A DNA stretch of 37,800 bases from an uncultured Nitrososphaeraceae archaeon (GCA_963825865.1 CAWGVG010000024.1:1-37800), one strand, 5' to 3'. Counted from the stretch's first letter, positions 21,789 to 33,214 are shown. Translations and numbers: made by a program. Notes: generated by a model from the sequence alone, not told the origin.

Positions 21789-21827
21789 ACCTTCCCAGGA
21801 GCCTTCACTACCTTCACTACCTTCACC
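21789..21827 (-). repeat. Inverted copy of the 9-bp repeat array, array B
   Basis: accttcccagga-gccttcact-accttcact-accttcacc; reverse complement ggtgaaggt-agtgaaggt-agtgaaggc-tcctgggaaggt. Confidence 0.8.
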
Positions 21828-21860
21828 AAACAAACAATCAATGACGTACTATAATTCATA

Positions 21861-21971
21861 CATTCTACTTGTGATTGTCCTGATTTTAGTTTCAGACATA
21901 TAGAATGTAAACATATTCACGCTGTAAAGTTTAGTAAATTACTTAAAATGAAGTGGAACCTTTATTTTTGA
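21861..21971 (+). pseudogene. SWIM zinc-finger remnant, probably from a transposase or other mobile gene
   Basis: Manual translation STCDCPDFSFRHIECKHIHAVKF (CxC...CxH); no start codon. Confidence 0.65.
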
Positions 21972-22136
21972 ACTCGGTGTTAGAGTAAACGAACTTGTAA
22001 TCTAAAATGACAGCACTGAGGTGATATCTAAGGAATTCCTTGACAAGAAAATTTGGAGATAAATGAAATTTTGGTAAAGTATGGATTCAAATGGTTATCT
22101 CTTGGTAGAGATAGTTGTGGATTAAAAAGAATTAGT

Positions 22137-22863
22137 TTATTTCAAATATCCTCCAGTCTCGATTTTCATGATTCTATGATAATACTTTGGATGATTAGTC
22201 GCTAGGTAATTTAGTAAATCTTGACTGAGTCTAAATATATCTGGTGGCTCATTATACCATATCCTATAGACGTAGTTTAATTCATACATAATCAACTCCG
22301 CAAACCATCTGCAATTACGTTCTATTTCTGATGTTATTTCCTCTCCATATATCCAATGAACAAATTTCTGATACAGATCATTATCATTACCAGAGGAAAC
22401 TTTTTGGTGAAATCGATGATATGCTATATCATTATCAACCAAATGAAGCATCCTATCAGAATCAACATGCCCAAAGTGTCCTTTTATACGAGTGATAATG
22501 TTATTATATAAATTGCCTATTATTCTTTCAGCATCTATATTATCTAATTGAATATCTCCAATCTTTTTTATAATTTGCTTACGTATATTCATAATATTAC
22601 AAATATAATATAGCATCAGTACCTGCGTCACGATTTTGATTATCTTTCCCTAACTCATAAGATAAGTTCCATGAATTGTAAAGTGCTATTTGATTGTATA
22701 ATGGTACAACTTTCGTTATAGTTTGTATCTTTATTTTCGACATATCTACTCGTTGTTGCCGCCGTTTGATTAACCAATTTGCAAATAGCGTAAATACCGT
22801 TGTGATAACCCCTCCAGATACTAATATAGTAAATGGATCTTGGGCGGTGGCTTGAATTGACAC
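22137..22863 (-). CDS. Hypothetical protein with N-terminal TM helix (frameshift near 22620)
   Basis: Overlapping ORFs 22597-22863 and 22137-22631; ILVSGGVITTVFTLFANWLI followed by KRR. Confidence 0.55.
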
Positions 22864-23095
22864 TTTCTAATACAAAATTGTAAACCGTATTTAGGCATGT
22901 ATATTTTATACAGAAAACTCAGCTTTAAGTTAAGTGGTGCTCACTATGCAACAAAAACACCCGTCATGCAACGTGGACTGAGAACAGTTCTCCACAGAAC
23001 TAACAGAATTGAAGTTTAAATCTATTGCTAGCTATATATTAGTAATTTTGTTAATGCTCAAAAGAGAAAAAATTTTAATAGCGAGGGGGTAAATA

Positions 23096-24187
23096 TTGTC
23101 ACGCCCTCCTTTCATTAACACTATTGTAGAGGGCCTTGAGTTCATCTTAAGCCATTTTGAAGAACCTATTTGGCCTAGAACCATATCTACACATACTACA
23201 GAAGGAAGGCAGATTTTAGCCTATAATAAAGTGGAAGCAATTGCAAGGTACAAACAAGCCAACCTCCTCGACTGTAGGATAAACGCATATCCAGATTATA
23301 CTGAGTATGGGGGAATTAACAGACAAGCACCTAATTTTTTATTCCTTGATTCAGATAGGTCCACTTTCAGCTCAGAGAAAGCATTTAATGCTGCATTTAA
23401 TAAAACTCTGAGAAACCTCTCCAATGTTTTGGGAGCAAAAAGTCCTGCGATTCTTTGGTCTGGCAATGGTTATCATATCTATCAGCCATTGGGAGCATTT
23501 CCATTAGAACAAGAACAGATGTTCGCGAGTAAATCTGCTGAACCGTCCAAAGAATTCTTGCAGTTTGCCGAACAGTATTTAACAAATTACAATTCAGATC
23601 CATCACATCATCCATCGTTCAAATCGTGTATGCTAAGAATTCCTGGTTCCCATAACTTTAAGCTTGTTCAGAAAAATAATAATGGTGGTGTTACTGATTC
23701 ATCAACTGAAGTAAAAATAAAACAAAGATGGGATGGAATCAGACCCAAGTTTAACCCATTGTTATATCATTTCAATATATGGCTTGCAGATAAAAAAATT
23801 AAGGAGATAAACGAGTCCAGTAAAAGAAGTAAATACAATCATCATAAATACAACGCAACATCAATCAAAAAAGAAATTAAATGGATAGAAATTTTGCTCC
23901 AGACGCCCGTAGAGGATTATAGAAAGAATGCAATATGGCGTATTTTGGCACCATATTTGATTAACATAAAGAACCTAACTTATGAGGAGTCCTATAATAT
24001 AATTAAGGAATGGTTGGACAAATGTAGTTCTCTAAAACCTTTAGATTTTAGTTATAGTTACTACATAAAATATAACCTTAATAGTGCAACAAAAGTTGGA
24101 TACTTTCCTATGAAATTTGATGATTTAAAAGCGGAAAACATCAAGTTGTATAATTTTATGAAGGATAAAATTTCTGATAGAACTTAA
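23096..24187 (+). CDS. Archaeo-eukaryotic primase-like protein with PriX-like C-terminal domain
   Basis: FLFLDSD (DxD), WSGNGYHIY (SGxGxH), LRIPGSHN; C-terminal WIEILLQTPVEDYRK...ILAPYLINIK. Confidence 0.8.
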   Translation: MSRPPFINTIVEGLEFILSHFEEPIWPRTISTHTTEGRQILAYNKVEAIARYKQANLLDCRINAYPDYTEYGGINRQAPNFLFLDSDRSTFSSEKAFNAAFNKTLRNLSNVLGAKSPAILWSGNGYHIYQPLGAFPLEQEQMFASKSAEPSKEFLQFAEQYLTNYNSDPSHHPSFKSCMLRIPGSHNFKLVQKNNNGGVTDSSTEVKIKQRWDGIRPKFNPLLYHFNIWLADKKIKEINESSKRSKYNHHKYNATSIKKEIKWIEILLQTPVEDYRKNAIWRILAPYLINIKNLTYEESYNIIKEWLDKCSSLKPLDFSYSYYIKYNLNSATKVGYFPMKFDDLKAENIKLYNFMKDKISDRT

Positions 24188-24256
24188 TTAGTGAGTGAAT
24201 CGGACTCCTCCAAGGTAATTTCATATAGATAGATTTTCCTTTAATTAATGTAAAAG

Positions 24257-25343
24257 ATGGTAGGAGATAAAGGGGTTGGCCGTGAGATTCATTTAAAGCG
24301 ACGTCCAGTAGGAATGCCTACTGAAAACGACTTTGAGCTTGTTAAAGTAAATGTTCCAGACCCAAAGGAAGGTGAATTCTTGGTACGTAACATATGGATG
24401 TCTGTAGATCCCTATATGCGCGGACGTATGAGAGAAACTAAAAGCTACATACCTTCATTTCAACTAGGAAAACCACTTGAAGGTGGATGTGTAGGCCAAA
24501 TTATAGAATCAAAAGAATAATCAATTTAAAGTAGGGGAATATGTTTTAGGGAACTTTGGTTGGAGAGAATACTGGCTCTCTAATGGTAGTAGTAGTAGTG
24601 GTAGTATTGGTGTTATGAAAATTGATCCAAAGATGGCGCCAATCCAATGGTATTTGGGAATCTTTGGTATGACAGGCCTTACGGCATATGTTGGACTTTT
24701 AAAAGTTGGGGAACTAAAGGATGCTAATAATAACAATGATAATAATAATACTGCCATATTTGTCTCTGCAGCATCAGGAGCAGTAGGTTCTGTAGTATGT
24801 CAGATAGCAAAGATCAAGGGCTGTCGAGTTGTGGGAAGTGCTGGTTCACAAGAAAAGGTAAAGTGGCTACTTGATCAAGCTAGAATAGATTATGCTTTTA
24901 ACTACAAAGAATTAGGAGAGAATAACAACAATATCTCCTCTGAGCTAAGAAAATCTTGTCCTGATGGGATTGATATCTATTTTGATAATGTTGGAGGAGA
25001 ACATTTTGAGGCAGCCATTGACAATATGAAAGTATTTGGTAGAATTGTACTTTGCGGAATGATATCACAGTATAATGCTACCATTATGCCAGCTGGACCT
25101 TCCAATCTCTTTTTAGCTATAACCAACAGGCTGAAGCTTCAAGGATTTATTGTAAGAGATCATTATGATATGCTAAATGAGTTTTACAGCAATATGTCCA
25201 AATGGGTTAGTGAAGGAAAGATAAAATGGCAGGAAACTGTGTTTGAAGGCTTAGAAAATGCACCTAAAGCTTTCTTAGCACTATTTAAAGGAGAAAACAC
25301 GGGCAAAATGCTTGTTAAGATTGGACCTGATTCAGTTGCCTAA
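24257..25343 (+). CDS. NADP-dependent oxidoreductase (prostaglandin reductase/CurA-like MDR), frameshift near 24518
   Basis: MSVDPYMRGRM, GMTGLTAY, VSAASGAVGS, YFDNVGG, CGMISQYN, GENTGK. Confidence 0.93.
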
Positions 25344-26385
25344 CATGTAGAGAGATAAAATAAGAAATTAAGCGACATTGTAGTTACTATCATCAACTAA
25401 TAATATTATTGAAGAAATTCCTTTTCAAAGGTTGCAAGCTTATGCTCAAATGTAGGAATGGGTTTGGAGAGAGTAGCCAAAGAAAATAGAGTGCAAAAAG
25501 TCAATATCTTTCTCCTCATCCTTCGGGTAGTCGTAATCCAATGCGCAGTCCTCATCGTCAAGAGACATATATTGGTGGTAAAATGTGAGCCAATCTTTCC
25601 TGAATTTCCTGGAGTTTGGCAAAAGTTACCATGTATAGTTTGCTCAAAGTTTCTTGATTGTTTTTGGCTAATGATAGTTTTGGCCACTCAAATAGTGCCA
25701 AGCTCTACAACATAGCGATTGACAAGTTGCTTGTAAATTTTTATTAAGTCAGATATTAGTTATATTCTATACTCAATATTTTAGTTTGATAGTCATCATC
25801 TTTATGTACCAATTTTCTTTGAGTCTCAAGTTGGTTTAATTTCTTTTGGGCTTTGTCTATAAAACCAAAAAATACTTGCTTGAAATGTTCAAGTTCTTGA
25901 GTCACTTTAACCACTAATTCATCATCATATTATCGAAATTCTGCTGGTTTTGTGAAACCATATTCTATATAGAGTGATAGTATTATAAATGTTACTAGTA
26001 ATATATATCATACTTAATTTTCTTTAACATGCAGAGACGCCATTGGTTTAACATTCCCTGGGATTGAATTTTCACAAAAATTTGACCTCTATTACAACTA
26101 TAAACAAAATGAACTGATTGTTGAAATTGAGGCTATCAGAGCATGTATACCTAAGAAACAATTTAAAGAAAAAATAGACAACATGGTACAGAAAGACTAA
26201 ACAAATCCCTCTTTAGGGGCATTCTGTATCAACGTATCTAAAAGTAGTTGCTTACTGTTTTTCAAATAAAATGTCATGGTAACAGTTGAAAACAGATGAT
26301 AACAGAGGTAATAAAGTGGTAGCAATGGTAACAAAATTGGTAACAGCTTTAAGCTTCAGGTTGTATAATAGATATAGCAAAAAGA

Positions 26386-26774
26386 ATGATGTCAATAAAT
26401 AGACAGGACAGAGAAAGGGTTGTTTTAGATCTTTATTATAATCAAGGTAAAAACATACGCGAAATAGCACAAGAGGCTAGGATGTCATTTAGAGATATTG
26501 TACCATTTTGAACAAAGTAGATGAAAGGCGAGAGCAAGATAGTAATAACAATGATATCGAGAACAAAAAGCAACAACAAGAACAAGAACAGCATCAGCAG
26601 CAGTTATCTCTATCTACACAAGCTTACAATCTATTTTTTGAAGGCAAGTCTCTAATACAAGTAGCTGTTGCATTAAACCTAAAAGAGTCAGAGATAACCA
26701 GATTCTACAAAGAGTATATCAAGCTAAACCAAATGCACGACGACGTAGTAAAGTTCATTCAACACATCGTGTAA
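26386..26774 (+). pseudogene. N-terminal part of the multicopy HTH-coiled-coil family, 3'-truncated
   Basis: MMSINRQDRERVVLDLYYNQGKNIREIAQEARMSFRDI (HTH), frameshift near 26498, then QAYNLFFEGKSLIQVAVAL. Confidence 0.7.
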
Positions 26775-28017
26775 GATTTCTTTTACATTTTCCTGCTCCA
26801 AACGCTGTTCGTCAAAATGCGACTCACCAGTTCTTTCTAACAATCGTTTCTCTATAGATTTTACATTGTTTTCAAGTTCTTTTTCCATCTGTGAAACTCC
26901 TATGGCCTTTAGAAGCGCCAGCTGGCTAGAAGCGCTTTTGTAAAATTCTTTTCTCAGCTGAGAATCTCGAGATATGTTTTTAGCTGATGTAAAAATCCCA
27001 ACAAAAAGCAGGTACGCTCCTAGCGGTATGAATGCCTGTGTTACAAAACCATAGGGCGGGTAGACGCGATATTGCAATGGCGATATTTCAAAGGTACCAA
27101 AAAGAATAGCCATACCGATTGAGGATAAAAGAAGTGATTTGCGAACTCTATCGTCGTAAACCAGTGAAGAGGCAGTCCAAAAAGCTAGGCTGAATAATAG
27201 CGCTCCAACCTGCTTTGTAGCACTAAAAATAAGAACATATACTATGCTAAACGAAACAGGAGACGACTGCAACAAAGAGAATAATACATCTCCAAAATAA
27301 CTCTGGAAAGGAAAGATATAGTATATCAAGGGAATGCTCATAAGTGAAAAGTACTTTATTCTACCCATCTTGTGTCGATATTGACTTAGAAATATCGCTG
27401 TAGCTATCCACATAAGTAAGAATGAAGATACAGAGAGAGCATCAAATACTGTGGATAGTGATTCAGTAAATGGTAACCCAGCAATGTTTGTTACATATGA
27501 AGTGATGGGATACGGTTTTACATCTGGCAACGCTGAAGTGGAAAAATAGGATTCAAGGTATATGAGGGATACCACAAGATTGACAGAAGCCAGTGCGAAG
27601 GATATGGTATATAGCATAATTGCATAATTTCTCTTTGAAGTCAATAACCAGCCTGCAAACAAAAAAACTAGGAAAGAGAGAAATACCAATGCCGACATAT
27701 GGCTAAGATATGTTTGGATCTGCAACAAAATAAGACTGTATTTATTTAGAGTGAGCATTTGGAAAATAATTATTAGTATGATGGTAACAGTCAAGATTAG
27801 TGTAGCAGTAATTATTCTATGAAAATACCTAAGACCTAGCGATGATGCTGGTTTGTATGCATGCGTTGACATACTCTTTCTCACAGAATTTAGCAATATG
27901 GTACATGCTTGCTACAAATATTATAGAAAAGATGACAAAAATCGTAATGTTTGACCAGGTCTGAAGTCTGACTCCGCTGTATGAAGAGAATTCCACAATA
28001 GTTGAATACAAATACAT
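26724..28017 (-). CDS. Multi-pass membrane protein (frameshift near 27900; ends look truncated)
   Basis: Many hydrophobic helices in ORFs 26724-27896 and 27829-28017; charged cytoplasmic tail. Confidence 0.75.
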
Positions 28018-28019
28018 AT

Positions 28020-28055
28020 GTCTTCATCATCTACTATCATGATTCTATTTTTCAT
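28020..28055 (-). pseudogene. Response-regulator N-terminal stub
   Basis: MKNRIMIVDDED, then abrupt switch to the membrane-protein sequence. Confidence 0.55.
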
Positions 28056-28360
28056 TGTTTTTTGTCACTCTCCTCACTATGTCTAGCCTCTATCCATCTA
28101 GACCAATTACGCTAGACTTTCAAGAAATTGTAGTATCAAAAGTCGTTAAACTACTTTAATAAAAACACCTTATGATTTGTAAAGAGCACTGTTTATAGAT
28201 ACATAATTTTTAACAGACATTCTAGCATATACGCTTAATGTTAAGGCTAAGATAATGACTTCATGATGATGATGATGATGCTTTTTTAGTACTTAGCGAA
28301 ACAATTAACTTATTGTTTTTATTCGTAACTTTTAATAATGCTACTACTATCACTACTACA

Positions 28361-28957
28361 TTAATCCAACTCTGCCGATAATCTTTTAACCAAATATTCT
28401 ATTGAAACTGGTTTTTTGATAAAACATCCTAAACTTACATTTGTATATACCTCTCTTAACGCCTCAATATTTGCTTCTCCTGCAGTAATAAAGCAAACTC
28501 TAACGTTAGCATCTAACTCTAATATCTTTTGACATAACTCAAGGCCATTGATATCAGGCATGTTAATATCAGTTAGCAATAGATCGTAAAAGTTTGGTTT
28601 GAATTCTGATAATGCTAGTAAAGGGTCATTGTAAGTGTCTACTTGAAATCGTATTTTGTTTTCATTGCCGTCCTCATAGCCTTCATAATACCTTTCTAAA
28701 CCTGTTTTGTAGGTAAAAGTGGTATCAGTATTATCATCTACAATAAGGATTCTTTTGTAAAGTGGCTCTTTTGTTGTTTTTATATCGGTAGTATTTGATT
28801 CGTGATTTTGTAGAGGAGGACGAACAGGAGAGGCGGAGAAAGATTGAGAATGATAGTGCTGTTGATTATTATTATTATTATTATGAGAATCATAAAAATT
28901 GTCATTATCTAAAATAGGAAAATAATAACAATCCTTTTCACCTTGTATAGTGGTTAT
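28361..28957 (-). CDS. Stand-alone response regulator receiver with low-complexity N-terminal extension; start uncertain
   Basis: In-frame upstream of 28579: KRILIVDD...YDLLLTDINMPDING...FITA...FIKKP; frame open to an ATA at 28957. Confidence 0.88.
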   Translation of the reverse strand: MTTIQGEKDCYYFPILDNDNFYDSHNNNNNNQQHYHSQSFSASPVRPPLQNHESNTTDIKTTKEPLYKRILIVDDNTDTTFTYKTGLERYYEGYEDGNENKIRFQVDTYNDPLLALSEFKPNFYDLLLTDINMPDINGLELCQKILELDANVRVCFITAGEANIEALREVYTNVSLGCFIKKPVSIEYLVKRLSAELD

Positions 28958-29378
28958 GCATACCTTAGTTAATAATTGCCATCATCCCCATATTATTTTC
29001 TATATTTTACTACTCTACGCCAACATATATCAACTTATGTAAAGTTATAGTGACAAATCAGCAATAATGATTAGATTCTCTAATAATATTCTGAGAAAAT
29101 ATACTTTGAATTATCAACCAGCTTGCTCCATTTATAAAAAACCCAGTGGTAGAGGATTCTATCGAGCCAGATAAAGTAACCAATGTTGAATTCTATCAAA
29201 TATACAAGAGCTATTGCAGACAAAATAAATTAGTAGTGTATGATACGTCTTTTTTGCACTAATACCGCTAAATAGGCATCAGAATAGATCAAAGCCAAGG
29301 GATTTGATAACAATACTATAAATGGTCAAGGTGCAATATGCCTTTTTTTACAAATCCAATTTTCGTGTAGTATAATCC

Positions 29379-29799
29379 TTAGCCCTTCAGAAAACCAAGA
29401 GTAAGGCCTATCGCTGTACTACCAGTTAATGGGATACCAAGGTTTGCCATCGTGGACGTTATAGGTAAGATAGCAGTAGCAGCTGCAGCTCCAGTTGAGT
29501 TATTGCCTAAAATAGCTTGAATTGACCCTACTCCTCCTACCGGTTGTTGACGTTGCATTTGTTGTTGCTGTTGTGGTAATTGTCGATAAAATACTATTTG
29601 ATATTATTTGCAGCTTATCCCAGTTTACATTCACTATATGCTGAGATTCCAAATACAAAAGGGCGGCAAAAAATACTCCTGCTATTACAGCTAGTATTTT
29701 CATTATCCGTTTTAAAGCAAAACCAACCAAGAAACCGGCTATACCACCAAAACCAATAGTACTTACAAATGGCATAATACTACTTTCGATGCCGCTCAT
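29379..29799 (-). CDS. FUN14-family membrane protein (frameshift near 29540)
   Basis: GFGGIAGFLVGFALKR...VNVNWDKL; C-terminus LGIPLTGSTAIGLTLGFLKG* in another frame. Confidence 0.85.
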
Positions 29800-29803
29800 T
29801 TTC

Positions 29804-29995
29804 CTATTTCCTCCTACTTTTTTTGGTTGCTGCTGTCGCTTTGTTGTCGTTGTTGTCTATGTCTTTACTACTATTATTACCAAGGTATCTTTCAATCGCC
29901 CTCCGAATATACCTGCTCCTGGCAATATCGCCACGCCTTTGGTCGATTTTCAGTAGAATTGATTTCGGCAAAGTGATTCCTAGTTTTACAGTCAT
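29804..29995 (-). CDS. Ribbon-helix-helix (CopG-like) regulator
   Basis: GITLPKSILLKIDQRRGDIARSRYIRRAIERYL. Confidence 0.75.
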   Translation of the reverse strand: MTVKLGITLPKSILLKIDQRRGDIARSRYIRRAIERYLGNNSSKDIDNNDNKATAATKKSRRK

Positions 29996-30420
29996 ATCAA
30001 TCGTGCAGCAGCAATAGTACTACTTGTCATACTAGTAGAATGTACTACACACATAGCTAAAAGGTTTTTGATAGCAGATTGTTTAAGATTATTATGGTAT
30101 TATATTGTGTATATTAATTAACTTTTCTTTCTGTATGTATTAATACAATATATATATTAAATTAAAATGCACAATTGCTAATCAGAATCACACATTCAAG
30201 TAGAATACTAGTTTCTAAAATTACATTCTTTATACTTTATTATATAGTAGTAAGAGATTGCCATAGTAGACTAATAATAGTTATGTGAATAATTACAACT
30301 CAATTAATATTCTGATTAGTTATACAAAATAAGTCAGCATTAAATCATATTATATAAGTCGGAATTAATTTCTTGAAGTCAAATATATAGATGACATCGT
30401 AATGCTTGATGACGAGTATT

Positions 30421-30813
30421 ATGAACAATACAAAAACACTTGCAATAGTTGCTGTCTTAACAGCGGCAACATTAGTAGTAGGGGTAACAGTAGCAGCAAC
30501 AACAACACCGTCAGCATTTGCTGGTGGATATAAAGAAAGACAGGACAAGTACATGAAAGGAGGACAAGATGGTTACAAGAAAGAAAAACAAGACTCCCAT
30601 AAGAAAAATATTTACAAGAAAGGAAAACAAACTAATGGAATTTACGGGAACGATAACACAGTTACCATCCAGGCAAGCAAACAAAATGGTCAAGTAAGTG
30701 GACACGATAACACGTTGGAACAAGAAGCACAAAATGTGATATGTACCCATCCAAGCGCGCCTTGTACACAAGAGGGAACTCAAAACACCACCACCACCAC
30801 CACCATAAGATGA
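30421..30813 (+). CDS. Secreted low-complexity protein
   Basis: Signal peptide ending PSAFA; K/D/Q-rich repeats; C-terminal ICTHPSAPC; T-rich tract at 30903-30922. Confidence 0.7.
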   Translation: MNNTKTLAIVAVLTAATLVVGVTVAATTTPSAFAGGYKERQDKYMKGGQDGYKKEKQDSHKKNIYKKGKQTNGIYGNDNTVTIQASKQNGQVSGHDNTLEQEAQNVICTHPSAPCTQEGTQNTTTTTTIR

Positions 30814-31134
30814 CGGCGGAGACGACAAAGATCCACACGACAGCGACAAAAACAAAGACGACCAAACCAGAGACTGGTAGTTCCTTCACTACTGCCACAA
30901 CCTTTTTTCATTTTTTTTGTTTCTGCAAAGATAAAAACATACATTACAATAGCCTTTTGTTGTAATTGAGCTGAAACTTACTGATACTTACCGGAGTTAC
31001 TGAAACTAACTGTTAAATGATATATAATTATGTTATTCTACTTTGGTAACAATAATAGTTATACCAAATATGTATGAGCAAATTACTTTACAGAAATCAG
31101 AACGAGATTATACTAAATACAGCTAGAGGATTGA

Positions 31135-31370
31135 TACAGCAAATAGAAGATGGTATAGAGATGTTAAGAGACATGGCAATTAAACCTGGACAAAAATCCT
31201 GATAAATTTAAAATCATAGTCATAATATCTCCACGCATAGTATCGCATAGCAACAAGGATAGCGATAGAAAAAAGGACGAAGAGCAGACACATTCTCCTT
31301 TTATTGAAACAATAGACGACATCGGAAGAGACTTGCAAATATTAAGGGAAATAGGAGTTGAGCAAGGCAT
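31135..31370 (+). pseudogene. C-terminal remnant resembling an LLM-class (F420/flavin) oxidoreductase
   Basis: Manual translation IEMLRDMA / DKNPDKFKIIVI...PFIETIDDIGRDLQILREIGVEQ; family recognised from memory. Confidence 0.45.
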
Positions 31371-31924
31371 TTACGTAAGATATTCTTGAATATAAAAAAT
31401 AAAGTGTTTAATGAGTTCGCGGACCTTAACTGACATATACTTTTTTTAAGATAGCAGATTACTTTATGAAAGTAATCTGAAAGACGAAGTGAAATTAGAA
31501 GAATCAAGGTTCTATTAATATGCCACATAATGATTGAAGCTAGTTAATAATAGCTTGTCAATGCTTATCATTAGTTTGCTAAGTAATCAGTAGAACATTT
31601 CATAACCTATCATTACATAGCTTAGGATTGAACCCTCTTATATGATGGGTTCAAGCAGATAAGAACCCTTATAATAGCAAGAGTGAATATCAAGAATGAT
31701 TCTGGTGTAGATTATAATGTGGGTAGATATATCATAACTTGGTAATCATTTGAATGATTCTCCAGTTAATCGATTTAGGATTTCTCGGGATTGGTCAGAA
31801 GAAGGCCTTTTTAATATTGCTTGGCCTTTATCTTGTGGTACAAAAGTATATGATATAGAAGCAGGTACCCTAGAAATCTGTCGAGTTTTTTAAATATATC
31901 AAAGTATAATCAATTGGTGATATG

Positions 31925-32236
31925 CTAAAGACCATATTGATTGCAGCGGTTACGTCCTGCGTCAGTTAACGTGACTCTTTGTTCGCCATCCAAAAACTCG
32001 AATGGTTCACTACCTCTGCTTTCGAGTCTATGTTCTCTGAGAAATGGTATGATGTATTCAAGACTGTAAGCACGCAAAACCCGGTGTCTTATTTCTTCTA
32101 CAGTAGCATCGTTCCCGTGCCTATGGCCTGTATTAGACTCGTTGTCGAGCCTGCAAAGTTCTTGCATGAAACTATTGATGATGATGCGCTTGTCATCATT
32201 TGGAGAGTCTGTGTCAACATTCATTATAATGTGCAA
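31925..32236 (-). CDS. Hypothetical protein, possibly winged-helix-like
   Basis: 103-aa ORF ending RVTLTDAGRNRC. Confidence 0.45.
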   Translation of the reverse strand: MHIIMNVDTDSPNDDKRIIINSFMQELCRLDNESNTGHRHGNDATVEEIRHRVLRAYSLEYIIPFLREHRLESRGSEPFEFLDGEQRVTLTDAGRNRCNQYGL

Positions 32237-32879
32237 ATACAGTGAAATTATATTTTTAAGTGTTGTTAACTCTTATGCATGACAGGTATAATGATGGAAA
32301 CGCACAATGCAAGCAACCGTCGTATCACTACGATAGGACCGTCAATGATTGTGTCCATGATTGATTGACTCATTGTTTATCTATAATTTTAAATGAATCA
32401 ATCATTGGAAAGTCATTAGCATTTCATAATAGTTACTTCATGCATGTTGAAGATAAGAAGATGAGAGAATTTGTTGATAGGATGAAAGATTCAGCCGAAT
32501 CTATGCAAGAAGCTATGAAGATTCTGAGTTTAGGTTTGGATTATCGACGATTTACCAAGCTTCGTCTTCTAGCTCCATTACCAACGAAAGCGCTTTCTGG
32601 TCTTATATTAATACTCTTCTTCTTCAAGTAAAAAAAAGTAACAGTAGAAGATTGTCAATTTTGTTACAACTTTGATCAAAAGTGCAGTTCATATTCATGA
32701 CTTTGACTTTGAGATAAAAGGTTAATCCTTATGTAGATATTCATCTTGCATATATTCGCGGTAATGTTATTCCAACTTTCACAAGTCAGTGTTCTATTAT
32801 GAATCAAGCTAGTATTATTTTTTTACCACTATAGTTAGTGCTAAAACTTATTTGATATAAACACCATTGTAAATTGGAT

Positions 32880-33160
32880 ATGTCAGAATATCCTTACGAA
32901 GACAAAATTCACAGTGACGACAGGGTAAACTATAAGATGGTATATTCGGTAGACGGAATAAAAATGGGCAAAGTTGAATGGCATTTTCAGATTCGTTTAT
33001 AGTAAAGCTAGAAAATGAAGAAAAAAACATGGAGATAAAATATGAGATCCCTAGGCTTGAAATATCAAGTCTCGCAGATGACAGAATTACTCTCAAGTTA
33101 AAACGAAATGAAATAGACGAAAAATATGAAACATCATCAATCAAGAAAAGCCCAAAGTAA
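32880..33160 (+). CDS. PRC-barrel-like small protein (frameshift near 32977)
   Basis: MSEYPYEDK...KMVYSVDGIKMGKVE joins MAFSDSFIVK...YEIP. Confidence 0.55.
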
Positions 33161-33214
33161 TGGTTGTAATATATGTATGGAATATATAGACATACACATT
33201 ACTTCATTAGTTTT

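Larger units (their letters stand above)
16020..24187. mobile_element. Putative integrated mobile element (integrase, regulators, NTPase, cargo, primase); boundaries approximate
   Basis: Co-oriented integrase, two small DNA-binding genes, P-loop NTPase and AEP primase; no att direct repeat confirmed. Confidence 0.55.

Noticed and set aside
21960-22010. GVRVNELV-like peptide resembling an integrase box I
   Set aside because: Too short and broken to support a call
25406-25715. Overlapping ORFs on both strands
   Set aside because: No recognisable motif; probably a decayed minus-strand gene that I cannot identify
30741-30965. ORF with a His6 run resembling a His-tag
   Set aside because: Alternate-frame reading of the cac triplet tract; no vector sequence nearby
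31628-31654. Inverted repeat ttgaaccc-N11-gggttcaa containing a tRNA T-arm-like GGTTCAA
   Set aside because: No cloverleaf context; may be a regulator site but nothing else supports it
32365-32725. Fragmented ORF with a possible Abi/HEPN-like helical C-terminus
   Set aside because: The resemblance is vague and no catalytic motif is visible
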